The translations under genes were made by a program, and so were the position numbers. Shown here in pieces: positions 50,772 through 59,853 of a stretch of 64,000 nucleotides of DNA. The DNA comes from Thiothrix sp. (GTDB lineage Bacteria; Pseudomonadota; Gammaproteobacteria; Poriferisulfidales; GCA-002705445): NCBI GenBank assembly GCA_038141665.1, contig JAYQIN010000002.1, positions 765,189-829,188 of the forward strand. The letters are read 5' to 3'. The notes under the pieces are model-generated. The model searched no databases. It was not told where the DNA came from and saw only the letters and a list, made by a program, of their open reading frames with translations. Within the stretch, counting starts at the first letter, position 1. Each line of letters begins with the position of its first letter.

Positions 50772-51572
50772 ATGCCAACATTTGTTAATATAAATCCGTT
50801 TGTGGAATTGTCAAATTCAGTTCCAACCATAGCCTTACAAGGTTTTCTGATAGCTATGGCAGCTCTAACTATTGGTGGTGTTCTTTTAGATATCAAACAT
50901 AAAAAGAATGTTAAATATTTTTTTGATAATGCAAAAAAAGCAAAAGAAAAAGCAAAAACAAATGTTCCTACAGGGAAAAAAGCCGGAATTATTGTTAAAA
51001 CAGTAGCTCATGATGTTTTAATATCTGGTGAGTTTTGTGGTTGGAAGAGACAAGTAGCTCATTTACTAGGCATGTATGGAACCATTATTTTTTGGGGTGC
51101 ATCAGCAGTATTAGTATTTAAATATGCAACTCCTACATCAGTTACACCAGTAATCATTACAAATTTATGGCACTTAGGCATGGCAATGACATGTCTTGGA
51201 GCATATTGGTTTTGGTTTTTCTTAAGAGTAGACGTAGCAGCTGAAGGACATAAATGGTACCGAGTTGTATTCACTGATTTATTTGTATTATCGTTAGTGA
51301 TTACCTCTACATTTGGTTTGTTATGGTCTTTCTTTCAAGCAGCAGGTTCTGCTTGGAGTAATTTATTTTTAGTATTATTTGTTTTATCAAACATAGTTTT
51401 ATTTGGTGGTGTGTATTGGTCTAAGTTTGCACATATGTTCTATAAGCCAGGTGCTGCAATACAAAAACACTTAGCAGAGGCTGATGGATCAAGAGATAGT
51501 TTGCCAGAACCAGCAGATGCACCAGAACAATTTGGTTTGGGTATTAAACGTGAAGCTCCTAGACATTATTAA
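50772..51572 (+). CDS. aprM: AprM-like membrane anchor of APS reductase (NarI/HdrE-like)
   Basis: Start chosen at ATG 50772 behind AGGAGG. Five predicted TM helices, KFAHMFYKP motif, directly upstream of aprBA. Confidence 0.6.
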   Translation: MPTFVNINPFVELSNSVPTIALQGFLIAMAALTIGGVLLDIKHKKNVKYFFDNAKKAKEKAKTNVPTGKKAGIIVKTVAHDVLISGEFCGWKRQVAHLLGMYGTIIFWGASAVLVFKYATPTSVTPVIITNLWHLGMAMTCLGAYWFWFFLRVDVAAEGHKWYRVVFTDLFVLSLVITSTFGLLWSFFQAAGSAWSNLFLVLFVLSNIVLFGGVYWSKFAHMFYKPGAAIQKHLAEADGSRDSLPEPADAPEQFGLGIKREAPRHY

Positions 51573-51639
51573 TGTGTAGGATATTAAAAGAATTTTTAAT
51601 TAATTAATTTGAGTAAGTATAAGTAATAGGAGAAAAATT

Positions 51640-52140
51640 ATGTCAACTTTTGTATATATGACCCGATGCGATGGATGCGGACACTGCGTAGATATTTGTC
51701 CTTCAGATATCATGCATATCGATCCAAAAATAAGACGTGCTGTAAACATTGAGCCGAACTTTTGTTGGGAATGTTATTCATGCGTAAAAGCTTGCCCACA
51801 AAATGCTATTGATGCTAGGGGTTATGCTGATTTTGCACCTATGGGACACAAAGTACGTGTTTTAAGAGAAGAAGAAAAAGGTACTATCTCATGGAGAATC
51901 ACATTTAGAAATGGAACCGAGAAAAACTTTGTATCACCTATTACTACAAAGCCTTGGGGAAAACATATTCATAAAGTTGCAGACGCTGAAGAGCCAGATC
52001 AAGCAGCTCATGAATCTCAGTTGCTTTTCAATGAGCCAGACTACTTGAAAATTGGTGATAATAGAGAAGCTGAATTAATTAATGAAGATGGGTTACCTTC
52101 ACGTGCTAAAGATACATTTAAGCAAGGAGTTTACTACTAA
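51640..52140 (+). CDS. aprB: adenylylsulfate reductase beta subunit
   Basis: 166 aa, two 4Fe-4S motifs (CDGCGHCVDICP, CWECYSCVKACP) and AprB C-terminal tail. Confidence 0.9.
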   Translation: MSTFVYMTRCDGCGHCVDICPSDIMHIDPKIRRAVNIEPNFCWECYSCVKACPQNAIDARGYADFAPMGHKVRVLREEEKGTISWRITFRNGTEKNFVSPITTKPWGKHIHKVADAEEPDQAAHESQLLFNEPDYLKIGDNREAELINEDGLPSRAKDTFKQGVYY

Positions 52141-53990
52141 TGGCAGATCATAAAACAGTTTACGAGGATTGCGATATTCTTATAGTTGGTGGTGGTATGG
52201 CTGGTACTGGAGCAACATTTGAATCCAGATATTGGGGCCGTGATATGAACATCGTGTGCGTGGAAAAAGCAAACATAGATAGAAGTGGCGCTGTTGCTCA
52301 GGGCCTTTATGCTATTAACTGCTACATGGGTACTCGTTGGAATGAAAACCAACCAGAAGATCATGTACGTTATGCTAGAAATGACTTGATGGGTATGGTC
52401 CGTGAAGACTTAGCATTAGATATGGCAAGACACGTTGATTCATGTGTGCACATGTTTGAAGAATGGGGCTTACCATTGATGAAGAATAAAGAAGGTCGTT
52501 ACCAAAGAGAAGGTAAATGGCAGATTATGATTCATGGTGAAAGTTACAAACCAATTGTGGCAGAAGCTGCAAAGAAATCTGCAAGTAAAATATATAACCG
52601 TGTAATGATTACTCATCTTTTAAAAGATGAAAGTAAAGATAATCGTTGTGGTGGTGCTGTTGGTTTTAATATGAGAACAGGTGATTTCCATGTGTTCCGT
52701 GCTAAAGCTACTATTATATGTGCAGGTGGTGCTTCACATATCTTTAAACCAAGAGCTGTTGGTGAAGGGATGGGAAGAACATGGTATGCACCTTGGAGTA
52801 ATGGTTCATGTTATGCATTACCAATCTTATTGGGCGCAAAAATGACTCAAATGGAAAACAGAATTGTTTTATGTAGATTTAAAGATGGTTATGGTCCAGT
52901 TGGAGCGTACTTCTTACATCTTAAAACTTATACTCAAAACACTTATGGTGAAGAGTATGAATCAAAATGGTATGACCAAACCAAAGAAATGGTTGGAGAG
53001 TACATTGATCATCACCCAACACCTACATGTTTAAGAAACCATGCTTTCTTGGAAGAAGTGAAAGCTGGAAGAGGTCCGATTCATATGGTAACTATGGAAG
53101 CTTTCCAAGATCCACATTTAGAAGTAATTGGATGGGAAAACTTTTTAGGAATGACTGTTGGTCAAGCCGTAGTATGGGCATCACAAGATATTGATCCTAA
53201 GTATCAAAATCCAGAATTAACTACTTCTGAGCCATATGTGATGGGCTCTCATGCTACATGTTCTGGAGCTTGGGTAAGTGGTCCATCTGATTTATCTCCT
53301 AAAGAATATTTCTGGGGATACAATAGAATGATGACTGTTGATGGTGTATTTGGTGCAGGTGATACAGTAGGTGGAACAGCGCACAAATTCTCATCAGGAT
53401 CTTTCACAGAAGGACGTTTAGCCGCTAAAGCTGCTGTTCAATACATAAAAGATATGGAAACAAAACCTAGCGTTACTGAGAAGCAAATAAATAACTTTAA
53501 AGAAGAGGTTTTCAAACCATTAGATAATTACACAATCGGTAGAAATGAAATTACCGCTGGAACAGTTTCACCAAGTTATATTTTGCCAATTCAAGGACTA
53601 CAAAGATTGCAAAAAATTATGGATGAGTACTGTGGTGGAATTACAGTTGGATATCAATGTAATGAAAATCAATTGAAGAAAGGTCTTAAGGATTTAGGTA
53701 TTCTTCAAGAAGATTTAGAAAACATTGGAGCAGAAGATCTTCATCAGTTAATGAGAGCATGGGAATTAAAACATCGTACACTGGTATCGCAATGTGTAAC
53801 AGAGCACACATTGTTTAGAGAGGAAACAAGATGGCCAGGCTATTATTATAGAAGTGACTTTAAAAAGTTAAATGATGATGATTGGCATTGCTTAACATTG
53901 TCTAGAAGAGATCCTGAGACAGGTAAATTTACCATGGAAAAAGCACCGCTTTATCATATAGTAGATGAGGAGCAAAAAAAGGCTGGTTAA
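52140..53990 (+). CDS. aprA: adenylylsulfate reductase alpha subunit
   Basis: 616 aa flavoprotein, DILIVGGGMAGTGA FAD motif, long AprA-specific conserved blocks (YARNDLMG, WQIMIHGESYK, RWPGYYYR). Confidence 0.92.
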   Translation: MADHKTVYEDCDILIVGGGMAGTGATFESRYWGRDMNIVCVEKANIDRSGAVAQGLYAINCYMGTRWNENQPEDHVRYARNDLMGMVREDLALDMARHVDSCVHMFEEWGLPLMKNKEGRYQREGKWQIMIHGESYKPIVAEAAKKSASKIYNRVMITHLLKDESKDNRCGGAVGFNMRTGDFHVFRAKATIICAGGASHIFKPRAVGEGMGRTWYAPWSNGSCYALPILLGAKMTQMENRIVLCRFKDGYGPVGAYFLHLKTYTQNTYGEEYESKWYDQTKEMVGEYIDHHPTPTCLRNHAFLEEVKAGRGPIHMVTMEAFQDPHLEVIGWENFLGMTVGQAVVWASQDIDPKYQNPELTTSEPYVMGSHATCSGAWVSGPSDLSPKEYFWGYNRMMTVDGVFGAGDTVGGTAHKFSSGSFTEGRLAAKAAVQYIKDMETKPSVTEKQINNFKEEVFKPLDNYTIGRNEITAGTVSPSYILPIQGLQRLQKIMDEYCGGITVGYQCNENQLKKGLKDLGILQEDLENIGAEDLHQLMRAWELKHRTLVSQCVTEHTLFREETRWPGYYYRSDFKKLNDDDWHCLTLSRRDPETGKFTMEKAPLYHIVDEEQKKAG

Positions 53991-54341
53991 ATGGATCTTC
54001 TAAATAAAACGGACGATGAAATATACCAAATAGCAAACCCTTTCTGGGTTGATTTAGTCAAAGCTTCCAATCAGCAGGATTATGGAGGCTTTACTAAAAA
54101 CTTTTCAGAAACTATGTTGATGGGTGCTCACGAAGTTGAGATTGGAAAACAGTGGGCGAACAATAAGCTTTTATCTGCATTGACAGAGGAAGCTAATCCA
54201 TTAGGCTGTTTAAAAAGAAATGATCATATTACTGTTCTTTATAAACAGACAAGCACAGAGTTCCCAGGGGATTATTTGGGAAGATTGGTCATTGGTTTAG
54301 AGGATGACGAAGTTAAAGTCTTTGGTGCCACTATTTTCTAA
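53991..54341 (+). CDS. hypothetical protein translationally coupled to aprA
   Basis: 116 aa ORF whose ATG immediately follows the aprA stop (TAAATG); no family recognised. Confidence 0.5.
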   Translation: MDLLNKTDDEIYQIANPFWVDLVKASNQQDYGGFTKNFSETMLMGAHEVEIGKQWANNKLLSALTEEANPLGCLKRNDHITVLYKQTSTEFPGDYLGRLVIGLEDDEVKVFGATIF

Positions 54342-54344
54342 ACA

Positions 54345-54863
54345 ATGAAAGAAATTAGATCTGTTTCAATAATATCAGATACCCACGGCATTATTGATAG
54401 TCACATTATTAATTATTTAAAAAACACAGATGTCATAATTCATGCTGGAGATATATGTAGCACAAAAATTATTTCAGATTTACAAAGATATTGTGATCAA
54501 GTTTATATGGTTGCTGGAAATAATGATATCCCAGAAAAATTTCATGATCACAAAGATAAAGAAATAATTGCTAGCTTAAAAAAATCTCAAACTATAAAAA
54601 TTAATAATAAGTACATTTCAGTTGAGCACGGTGACCGTTTTGGGCATTATGCAGATCACAAAGGTTTGAGAAATTCTTATCCAGATTCAAAATTAATTAT
54701 TTATGGTCATACGCATATTCAAGCATGTGATAAAGAAGAATCTCCATGGGTAGTTAATCCTGGAGCTTGTGGACATACAAGAAATAATGACGGCGGACCT
54801 TGTTTTATGCAAATTGAAATTAATAACAATGACTGGAAAATTATTCCTTATTGTTTTAATTAA
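54345..54863 (+). CDS. metallophosphoesterase (YfcE/MJ0936 family)
   Basis: 172 aa, SDTHG, HAGD, GNND, GHTH motifs. Confidence 0.8.
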   Translation: MKEIRSVSIISDTHGIIDSHIINYLKNTDVIIHAGDICSTKIISDLQRYCDQVYMVAGNNDIPEKFHDHKDKEIIASLKKSQTIKINNKYISVEHGDRFGHYADHKGLRNSYPDSKLIIYGHTHIQACDKEESPWVVNPGACGHTRNNDGGPCFMQIEINNNDWKIIPYCFN

Positions 54864-54950
54864 ATTTATTTAAATTAAAATATAAATAATAAACAGCTTG
54901 CGAATATTTTATTTGTAATATATTTTTAAACTTTAAATTAGAGAAAAATT

Positions 54951-55763
54951 ATGGATGCTAATTCATTTAAATCTGAAGATTATATAATACAAGAAGAACC
55001 TTACTATCACGCAGTTAGAGACGAAATAGAGGTATTCGAAAGCGCTTACAAGAACCAGTTACCGATATTATTAAAAGGCCCTACAGGCTGCGGAAAAACA
55101 AGATTTATGGAGTACATGAGTTGGCGACTCAAAAGACCTTTGATAACAGTATCGTGTCATGATGATTTGACTGCTTCAGATTTAGTTGGGAGATATTTAA
55201 TTTCAGGTAGTGACACAGTTTGGATAGATGGCCCGTTAGCTAGAGCAGTTAGAGCTGGAGCAATATGCTACCTTGACGAAATAGTCGAAGCTAGAAAGGA
55301 TACAACCGTCGTTATCCACCCACTCTGCGATGATAGGCGCGTTCTCCCTATTGAAAAAGTAGGTGAAGTTCTAGAAGCAACCCCAGAATTTTGTATGGCA
55401 ATTTCATATAATCCTGGATATCAAAGTATTCTCAAAGATTTAAAACAAAGTACGAGACAAAGATTTGTAGCTTTAGAATTTGATTATCCTGAGGCTAAAA
55501 TAGAACAATCAATAATCGAGAGCGAAACAGGAATTGATGCTGAGTTAAGTGCGTCGCTAGTCAAATTTGCACACATGACCAGGAATTTAAAAGGAAATGG
55601 TTTGGATGAAGGTGCAAGCACTAGATTATTGGTCCATGCTGCTAAGCTAATTGTTTCTGGCGTAAATCCTAATACTGCTTGTAGATGTTCAATTTCAGAA
55701 GCTATAACAGATGATTTAGAAATGCTTAAAGCTGTGAATGAATTAAGCTCCTCTCTTTTTTAA
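54951..55763 (+). CDS. CbbQ/NirQ/NorQ/GpvN-family MoxR-like AAA+ ATPase
   Basis: 270 aa, Walker A GPTGCGKT, Walker [10 protein letters not shown], length and conserved blocks typical of CbbQ/NorQ. Confidence 0.85.
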   Translation: MDANSFKSEDYIIQEEPYYHAVRDEIEVFESAYKNQLPILLKGPTGCGKTRFMEYMSWRLKRPLITVSCHDDLTASDLVGRYLISGSDTVWIDGPLARAVRAGAICYLDEIVEARKDTTVVIHPLCDDRRVLPIEKVGEVLEATPEFCMAISYNPGYQSILKDLKQSTRQRFVALEFDYPEAKIEQSIIESETGIDAELSASLVKFAHMTRNLKGNGLDEGASTRLLVHAAKLIVSGVNPNTACRCSISEAITDDLEMLKAVNELSSSLF

Positions 55764-55845
55764 AAAAAATCGAGATGCTATTTGATTAAGGAGCGAACAA
55801 AATCCCAATAACATCTCAATATAACCTTAACCAAAATATTAAAGT

Positions 55846-56020
55846 TTAAACTCTCAAGTAAGACAAACCTCTATAATTCAATTGAGCACTTAATTTTGTA
55901 GCGCGTTGAGCATTATCTTGCTTATGGGAAATGCCTCTATAAGTAAGGTTTGAATTATTTAGTTTTTTTCGACTTTGTTTGAGCAGCGTATTTTACGCCT
56001 CTATATATTTGATTTTGCAT
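55846..56020 (-). CDS. unannotated small ORF with three YRG motifs (DUF4278-like), split by one extra A in an A7 run
   Basis: Minus-strand ATG at 56020 gives MQNQIYRGVKYAAQTKSKK, then run A7 (55963-55969). The +1 frame continues LNNSNLTYRGISHKQDNAQRATKLSAQLNYRGLSYLRV to TAA at 55846-55848. Removing one A gives a 57-aa protein. Confidence 0.5.
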
Positions 56021-56211
56021 AACCATCTCACTTGTAAATTAAATCAACTTATATAGTGAACTTGTTACGCAGGTTCTTGCGTGGTATAACCAAATTTAAA
56101 TATATCATTTTTTTGTAAATACTCAAGCATTTATGCTGTAGAAATAGGTTTAAAACATGGCTATATTGTGCATGATTAAATTAAAACCTTATTCGAGAAT
56201 AGGAGTTTAGC

Positions 56212-56766
56212 TTGGCCACAACGTTTGAATTAAAAGGAAGTTTTAATGATAGTTTTTGCAAATTAATATCAGAAAAATATTACTTTAAAAATTATAATTG
56301 CTTAGAAATTAGAGAAGATCTAGAAAACACTTTTAGAGATTTTATAATCTTAATTCTTAGTGAAAACAATAGTTATACTATTGAAGAAAGAAATAAATTG
56401 TATAACGAGGCTATTTTTAATCTCCAGCAAACAAGTAAGCTACTTAAAGGTATGCCACACCCTGCAAGTTCAATGAGCTATAAACTATTAAAAATGTCAG
56501 AAACTCTAAAGAAAGTAACGTTCGGCAGTAAAAAAGAAAAATCTAAAGCAAATAGATTTATAGAGAAAAATCTTATTAGAAAATTCATAGTTTTTTGGAA
56601 TAAACATAGCGATACAAAATTTTTAACTCAAGAAAATGAAATAAATTATAAAGTATGTGAATGTTTTATTGATTGCTCAAAAGAATTATATAAAAAATTT
56701 CCAGACATTGAATGGTTTAAAGATTGTGAAACTGAATTCGTAGAAAGTTTATTTGAAAATATTTAA
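56212..56766 (+). CDS. hypothetical protein (orphan, very AT-rich)
   Basis: 184 aa ORF, TTG start preceded by GGAG at suitable spacing; no family recognised. Confidence 0.4.
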   Translation: MATTFELKGSFNDSFCKLISEKYYFKNYNCLEIREDLENTFRDFIILILSENNSYTIEERNKLYNEAIFNLQQTSKLLKGMPHPASSMSYKLLKMSETLKKVTFGSKKEKSKANRFIEKNLIRKFIVFWNKHSDTKFLTQENEINYKVCECFIDCSKELYKKFPDIEWFKDCETEFVESLFENI

Positions 56767-57236
56767 TTTTCAGTTACTTCATTAAGCGCATCTATCTCTG
56801 TTTGCGTAGCATTTCTAATGCTCTTAATATTCACATTAAAATTTATTTTCACATTACTTAAAGGGTGGTTTCCATCAAGCACAATCTTAGAATCTGTAAT
56901 CTCAGTAACTCTAAAGGGCTTAACGTCACCAGAATCATTTTGAAACTCAACTATTTTTCCGAGTTCACGATATTCTTCAGGAACATTTTTAATTTCATCT
57001 TCGAATATTAAGTCTTGGTCAACTTCTCCAAATACTTCACCTGGCTCAAATGTTACATTTATCTGGTCATCTATTTTTTTATTCTCAAGAGCGTCTTCAA
57101 GTTTTGGCCACAGACCCATCTTAACGCCATGAACATAGTTTACAGGCACTTCTACCTGTTCAATTATTTGACCTTCGTCATTTGTTATTGAATATGTGAA
57201 TTCAACATATTTATTTTTTGTTATCTTTTCTGTCAT
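56763..57236 (-). CDS. slyD: FKBP-type peptidyl-prolyl isomerase, SlyD-like (no His tail)
   Basis: 157 aa, KYVEFTYSITNDEGQ..., IF-domain insertion, LDGNHPL motif. Confidence 0.75.
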   Translation of the reverse strand: MTEKITKNKYVEFTYSITNDEGQIIEQVEVPVNYVHGVKMGLWPKLEDALENKKIDDQINVTFEPGEVFGEVDQDLIFEDEIKNVPEEYRELGKIVEFQNDSGDVKPFRVTEITDSKIVLDGNHPLSNVKINFNVNIKSIRNATQTEIDALNEVTEN

Positions 57237-57238
57237 AA

Positions 57239-58504
57239 TTAAAAATATATTTTCATCATTATTCCAGTTAAGCCTAATGTTATTAAAAGTGGTAAAACTC
57301 CTACCTTAGCTTTTAAAAGGGCTAATAAACTTAATACAATTAGAATAAAAAGATGTATGTCAAAGTTTTCAGTTTCGTTATTATCTGTCCATAAAGAGTT
57401 ATAAGCAAGCATATATCCAAGGTTTGCTATTAATCCTACAACAGCTGAGGTTATAAAGTTTAAAGGTATCTCTAAGGCTTTGTTTTTCTTAGTTAATTCA
57501 ATAATGGGAGCACCTATAAATATAAACGCAAAAGAAGGTAAAAATGTAAAAAAAGTTGCTACAGAGGAACATAAAATAGCACCAATTAGCGGAGAGCCTA
57601 GATTTAGAATATCGTTATACCAGCCGACAATAAATCCAACATAGGTAACAATCATTATTAGAGGACCAGGTGTTGATTCTCCCAAAGCCAAGCCATCCAT
57701 CATTTGCTGACTTGTTAACCAGCCATGTGATTCAATTATATTTTGAAAGACATATGGTAATAATGCATAAGCACCCCCAAAAGTAACTAACGCCGCCTTG
57801 CTAAAAAAAAGAGATAAACTGGTTAAAATATTTTCGTCAAAGTAAAGTATTAGCAAAAATACTGCGAGCCAAATAAATAAAAATTTAAAAAAAGTATTAA
57901 AAGAATTCTTTATTATAATTTTATCTATATTATTTTTTCTGTTTTTAGCATTTGAATTTCTAGATTGAGTAATATGAAATATTAGTCCAATTAATCCAGC
58001 TAAAATAATAATAATTGGTAAATTTATGTTTAAAATATTTATTGCAAAGAAAGCTAGGATTGCTGTAATCCAGTAGTAAATTTTATTTAAAACTTTATTA
58101 GCTATTTTAATTGTTGCGGAAAATATTATTGCAATTACAGCAGCTTTTATTCCATAAAGTAGCCCATCTCCCAAAATGTTATCAGAGTAATTAATATAAA
58201 TAAAAGTTAGTATGCTCAAGATGAAAAAAGAAGGGAGTATAAACAAGGTTCCTGCTACCAATCCTCCAATTCTTCCGTGCATCAACCATCCTACGTAAGT
58301 TGCAAGTTGCTGTGCTTCTGGTCCTGGAAGTATCATTGTATAGTTTAAAGCATGAAAGAAGCTTTTTTCAGTTATCCATTTCCTTCTTTCAACTACCTCA
58401 TCATACATCATGCTTATTTGTCCAGCGGGCCCTCCAAAACTTATAAAGCCAAGCTTGAGCCAATATAATATTGCTTCTTTGAAGGATATTTTAGAATTCA
58501 TCAT
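57239..58504 (-). CDS. chrA: chromate ion transporter ChrA (two CHR domains)
   Basis: 421 aa polytopic, LKLGFISFGGPAGQISMM and LVTFGGAYALLPYV repeats. Confidence 0.8.
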   Translation of the reverse strand: MMNSKISFKEAILYWLKLGFISFGGPAGQISMMYDEVVERRKWITEKSFFHALNYTMILPGPEAQQLATYVGWLMHGRIGGLVAGTLFILPSFFILSILTFIYINYSDNILGDGLLYGIKAAVIAIIFSATIKIANKVLNKIYYWITAILAFFAINILNINLPIIIILAGLIGLIFHITQSRNSNAKNRKNNIDKIIIKNSFNTFFKFLFIWLAVFLLILYFDENILTSLSLFFSKAALVTFGGAYALLPYVFQNIIESHGWLTSQQMMDGLALGESTPGPLIMIVTYVGFIVGWYNDILNLGSPLIGAILCSSVATFFTFLPSFAFIFIGAPIIELTKKNKALEIPLNFITSAVVGLIANLGYMLAYNSLWTDNNETENFDIHLFILIVLSLLALLKAKVGVLPLLITLGLTGIMMKIYF

Positions 58505-58569
58505 TAAAATTTATTGAATTGTCGATTTGTTTAATATAGAATACCCACAAATTTAATAAGGGAATTCAT

Positions 58570-58899
58570 ATGTCAAATGATATTGTATCAAAAAACGGTG
58601 ATGTTGTCGGTCAATGGAATGGAGAGGATGTTGCTGATCTTCAAAAAACTCTCGCGGGCCTTAGGCAGACCCTCAGAAAAAATAAAGATAAAGTAGAGCA
58701 TACTGGCATACCACATAGTGATCAATTTCCTGATGATCTTAAAGATTTCACAGCATATATTCTTTGGGCTGTTGATAAAAAGCAACAGGTTTTGGTTGGG
58801 TCTGGAGCAAATAGAACCGAGACTGTAGAAAGCATAAGAGAGTTTTATGCAAATGATGAGGCAAAAGCTTCTTTAGATAGACACAATCTAGAAGAATAA
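58570..58899 (+). CDS. hypothetical protein
   Basis: 109 aa ORF with RBS-like AAGGGA upstream; no family recognised. Confidence 0.4.
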   Translation: MSNDIVSKNGDVVGQWNGEDVADLQKTLAGLRQTLRKNKDKVEHTGIPHSDQFPDDLKDFTAYILWAVDKKQQVLVGSGANRTETVESIREFYANDEAKASLDRHNLEE

Positions 58900-58911
58900 T
58901 TTTTTAGGATA

Positions 58912-59142
58912 TTATTTTTCCCACTCTCTAAGAATTGGCGCATCCCTTTTTTCAAGGATCAACATCTCTGCTTCTAACATGTCTTCAGCATAAACAACCT
59001 TATAAGCATTTGGATTATCTGGAGATTTATTTTTTCGCAAGTCCTTTAAAAGAGCTCTAGCATCTTTATAGACATCAAAAGTATCTATATGTTCTACAGA
59101 TCTAAATTTATTATTTTGATATTTGAATACAAAGTATGGCAT
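58912..59142 (-). CDS. hypothetical small protein
   Basis: 76 aa ORF (MPYFVFKYQNNKF...); no family recognised. Confidence 0.4.
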   Translation of the reverse strand: MPYFVFKYQNNKFRSVEHIDTFDVYKDARALLKDLRKNKSPDNPNAYKVVYAEDMLEAEMLILEKRDAPILREWEK

Positions 59143-59185
59143 ATTAGAATTATAATACAGATTATAAAATTTTAGTGAAAATTTA

Positions 59186-59851
59186 ATGAGTAGTTCAGAT
59201 CAAAAAAAACAGGACGTAGCAAGAGCAGCTATTGACTATGTCGAGTACGATGACATTGTGGGAGTAGGTACAGGCTCGACAGTAGATTATTTTATAGAGT
59301 ATTTAAAACCGCTAAAAAATAAAATATCTGGCGCAGTTGCAAGTTCATTATCAACACAAGAAAAATTAGAGGCTAATGGCATACGTGTACTAGATTTAAA
59401 CGATGTGAGTGAAATACCAATATATATTGATGGGGCAGACGAAGTAAATCCTAATTTTCAATTAATTAAAGGCGGAGGTGGAGCTTTAACTAGAGAGAAA
59501 ATAATTGCAAGTGCCTCCAAAAAATTTTTGTGCATTGTAGACAATTCAAAAATTGTTGATGTTCTTGGAAAATTTCCATTGCCACTAGAAGTTGTTCCTA
59601 TGGCTAGATCATTTGTAGCAAGAGAGGTTATAAAAAAACAAGGTATGCCAATTTGGAGAGAAAATTTTATAACTGACAATGGTAATATTATTTTAGATAT
59701 TAATCATATGGAAATTTTAGAACCAATCCAATTAGAAAAAGATTTAAATAAAATTCCTGGTGTTTTAACTGTTGGTCTTTTTGCTGATAGACCAGCAGAT
59801 AACGTATTGGTTAGCGATGGAAATGAAGTTGTAAAATTACAAAAAAAATAA
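59186..59851 (+). CDS. rpiA: ribose-5-phosphate isomerase A
   Basis: 221 aa, [27 protein letters not shown] motifs. Confidence 0.93.
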   Translation: MSSSDQKKQDVARAAIDYVEYDDIVGVGTGSTVDYFIEYLKPLKNKISGAVASSLSTQEKLEANGIRVLDLNDVSEIPIYIDGADEVNPNFQLIKGGGGALTREKIIASASKKFLCIVDNSKIVDVLGKFPLPLEVVPMARSFVAREVIKKQGMPIWRENFITDNGNIILDINHMEILEPIQLEKDLNKIPGVLTVGLFADRPADNVLVSDGNEVVKLQKK

Positions 59852-59853
59852 TG

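Noticed and set aside
50642-50896. 84-aa minus-strand ORF upstream of and overlapping the aprM start.
   Set aside because: It overlaps the aprM 5' end and its RBS on the opposite strand, has no recognisable family, and lies in a promoter region.
55764-56211. Decayed cbbO/norD remnant, att site or integrase fragment in the gap after cbbQ.
   Set aside because: By eye all plus-strand frames are riddled with stops, with no recognisable vWA or integrase residues. The only coherent coding signal is the minus-strand YRG ORF. A sensitive tblastn would be needed to exclude very short remnants.
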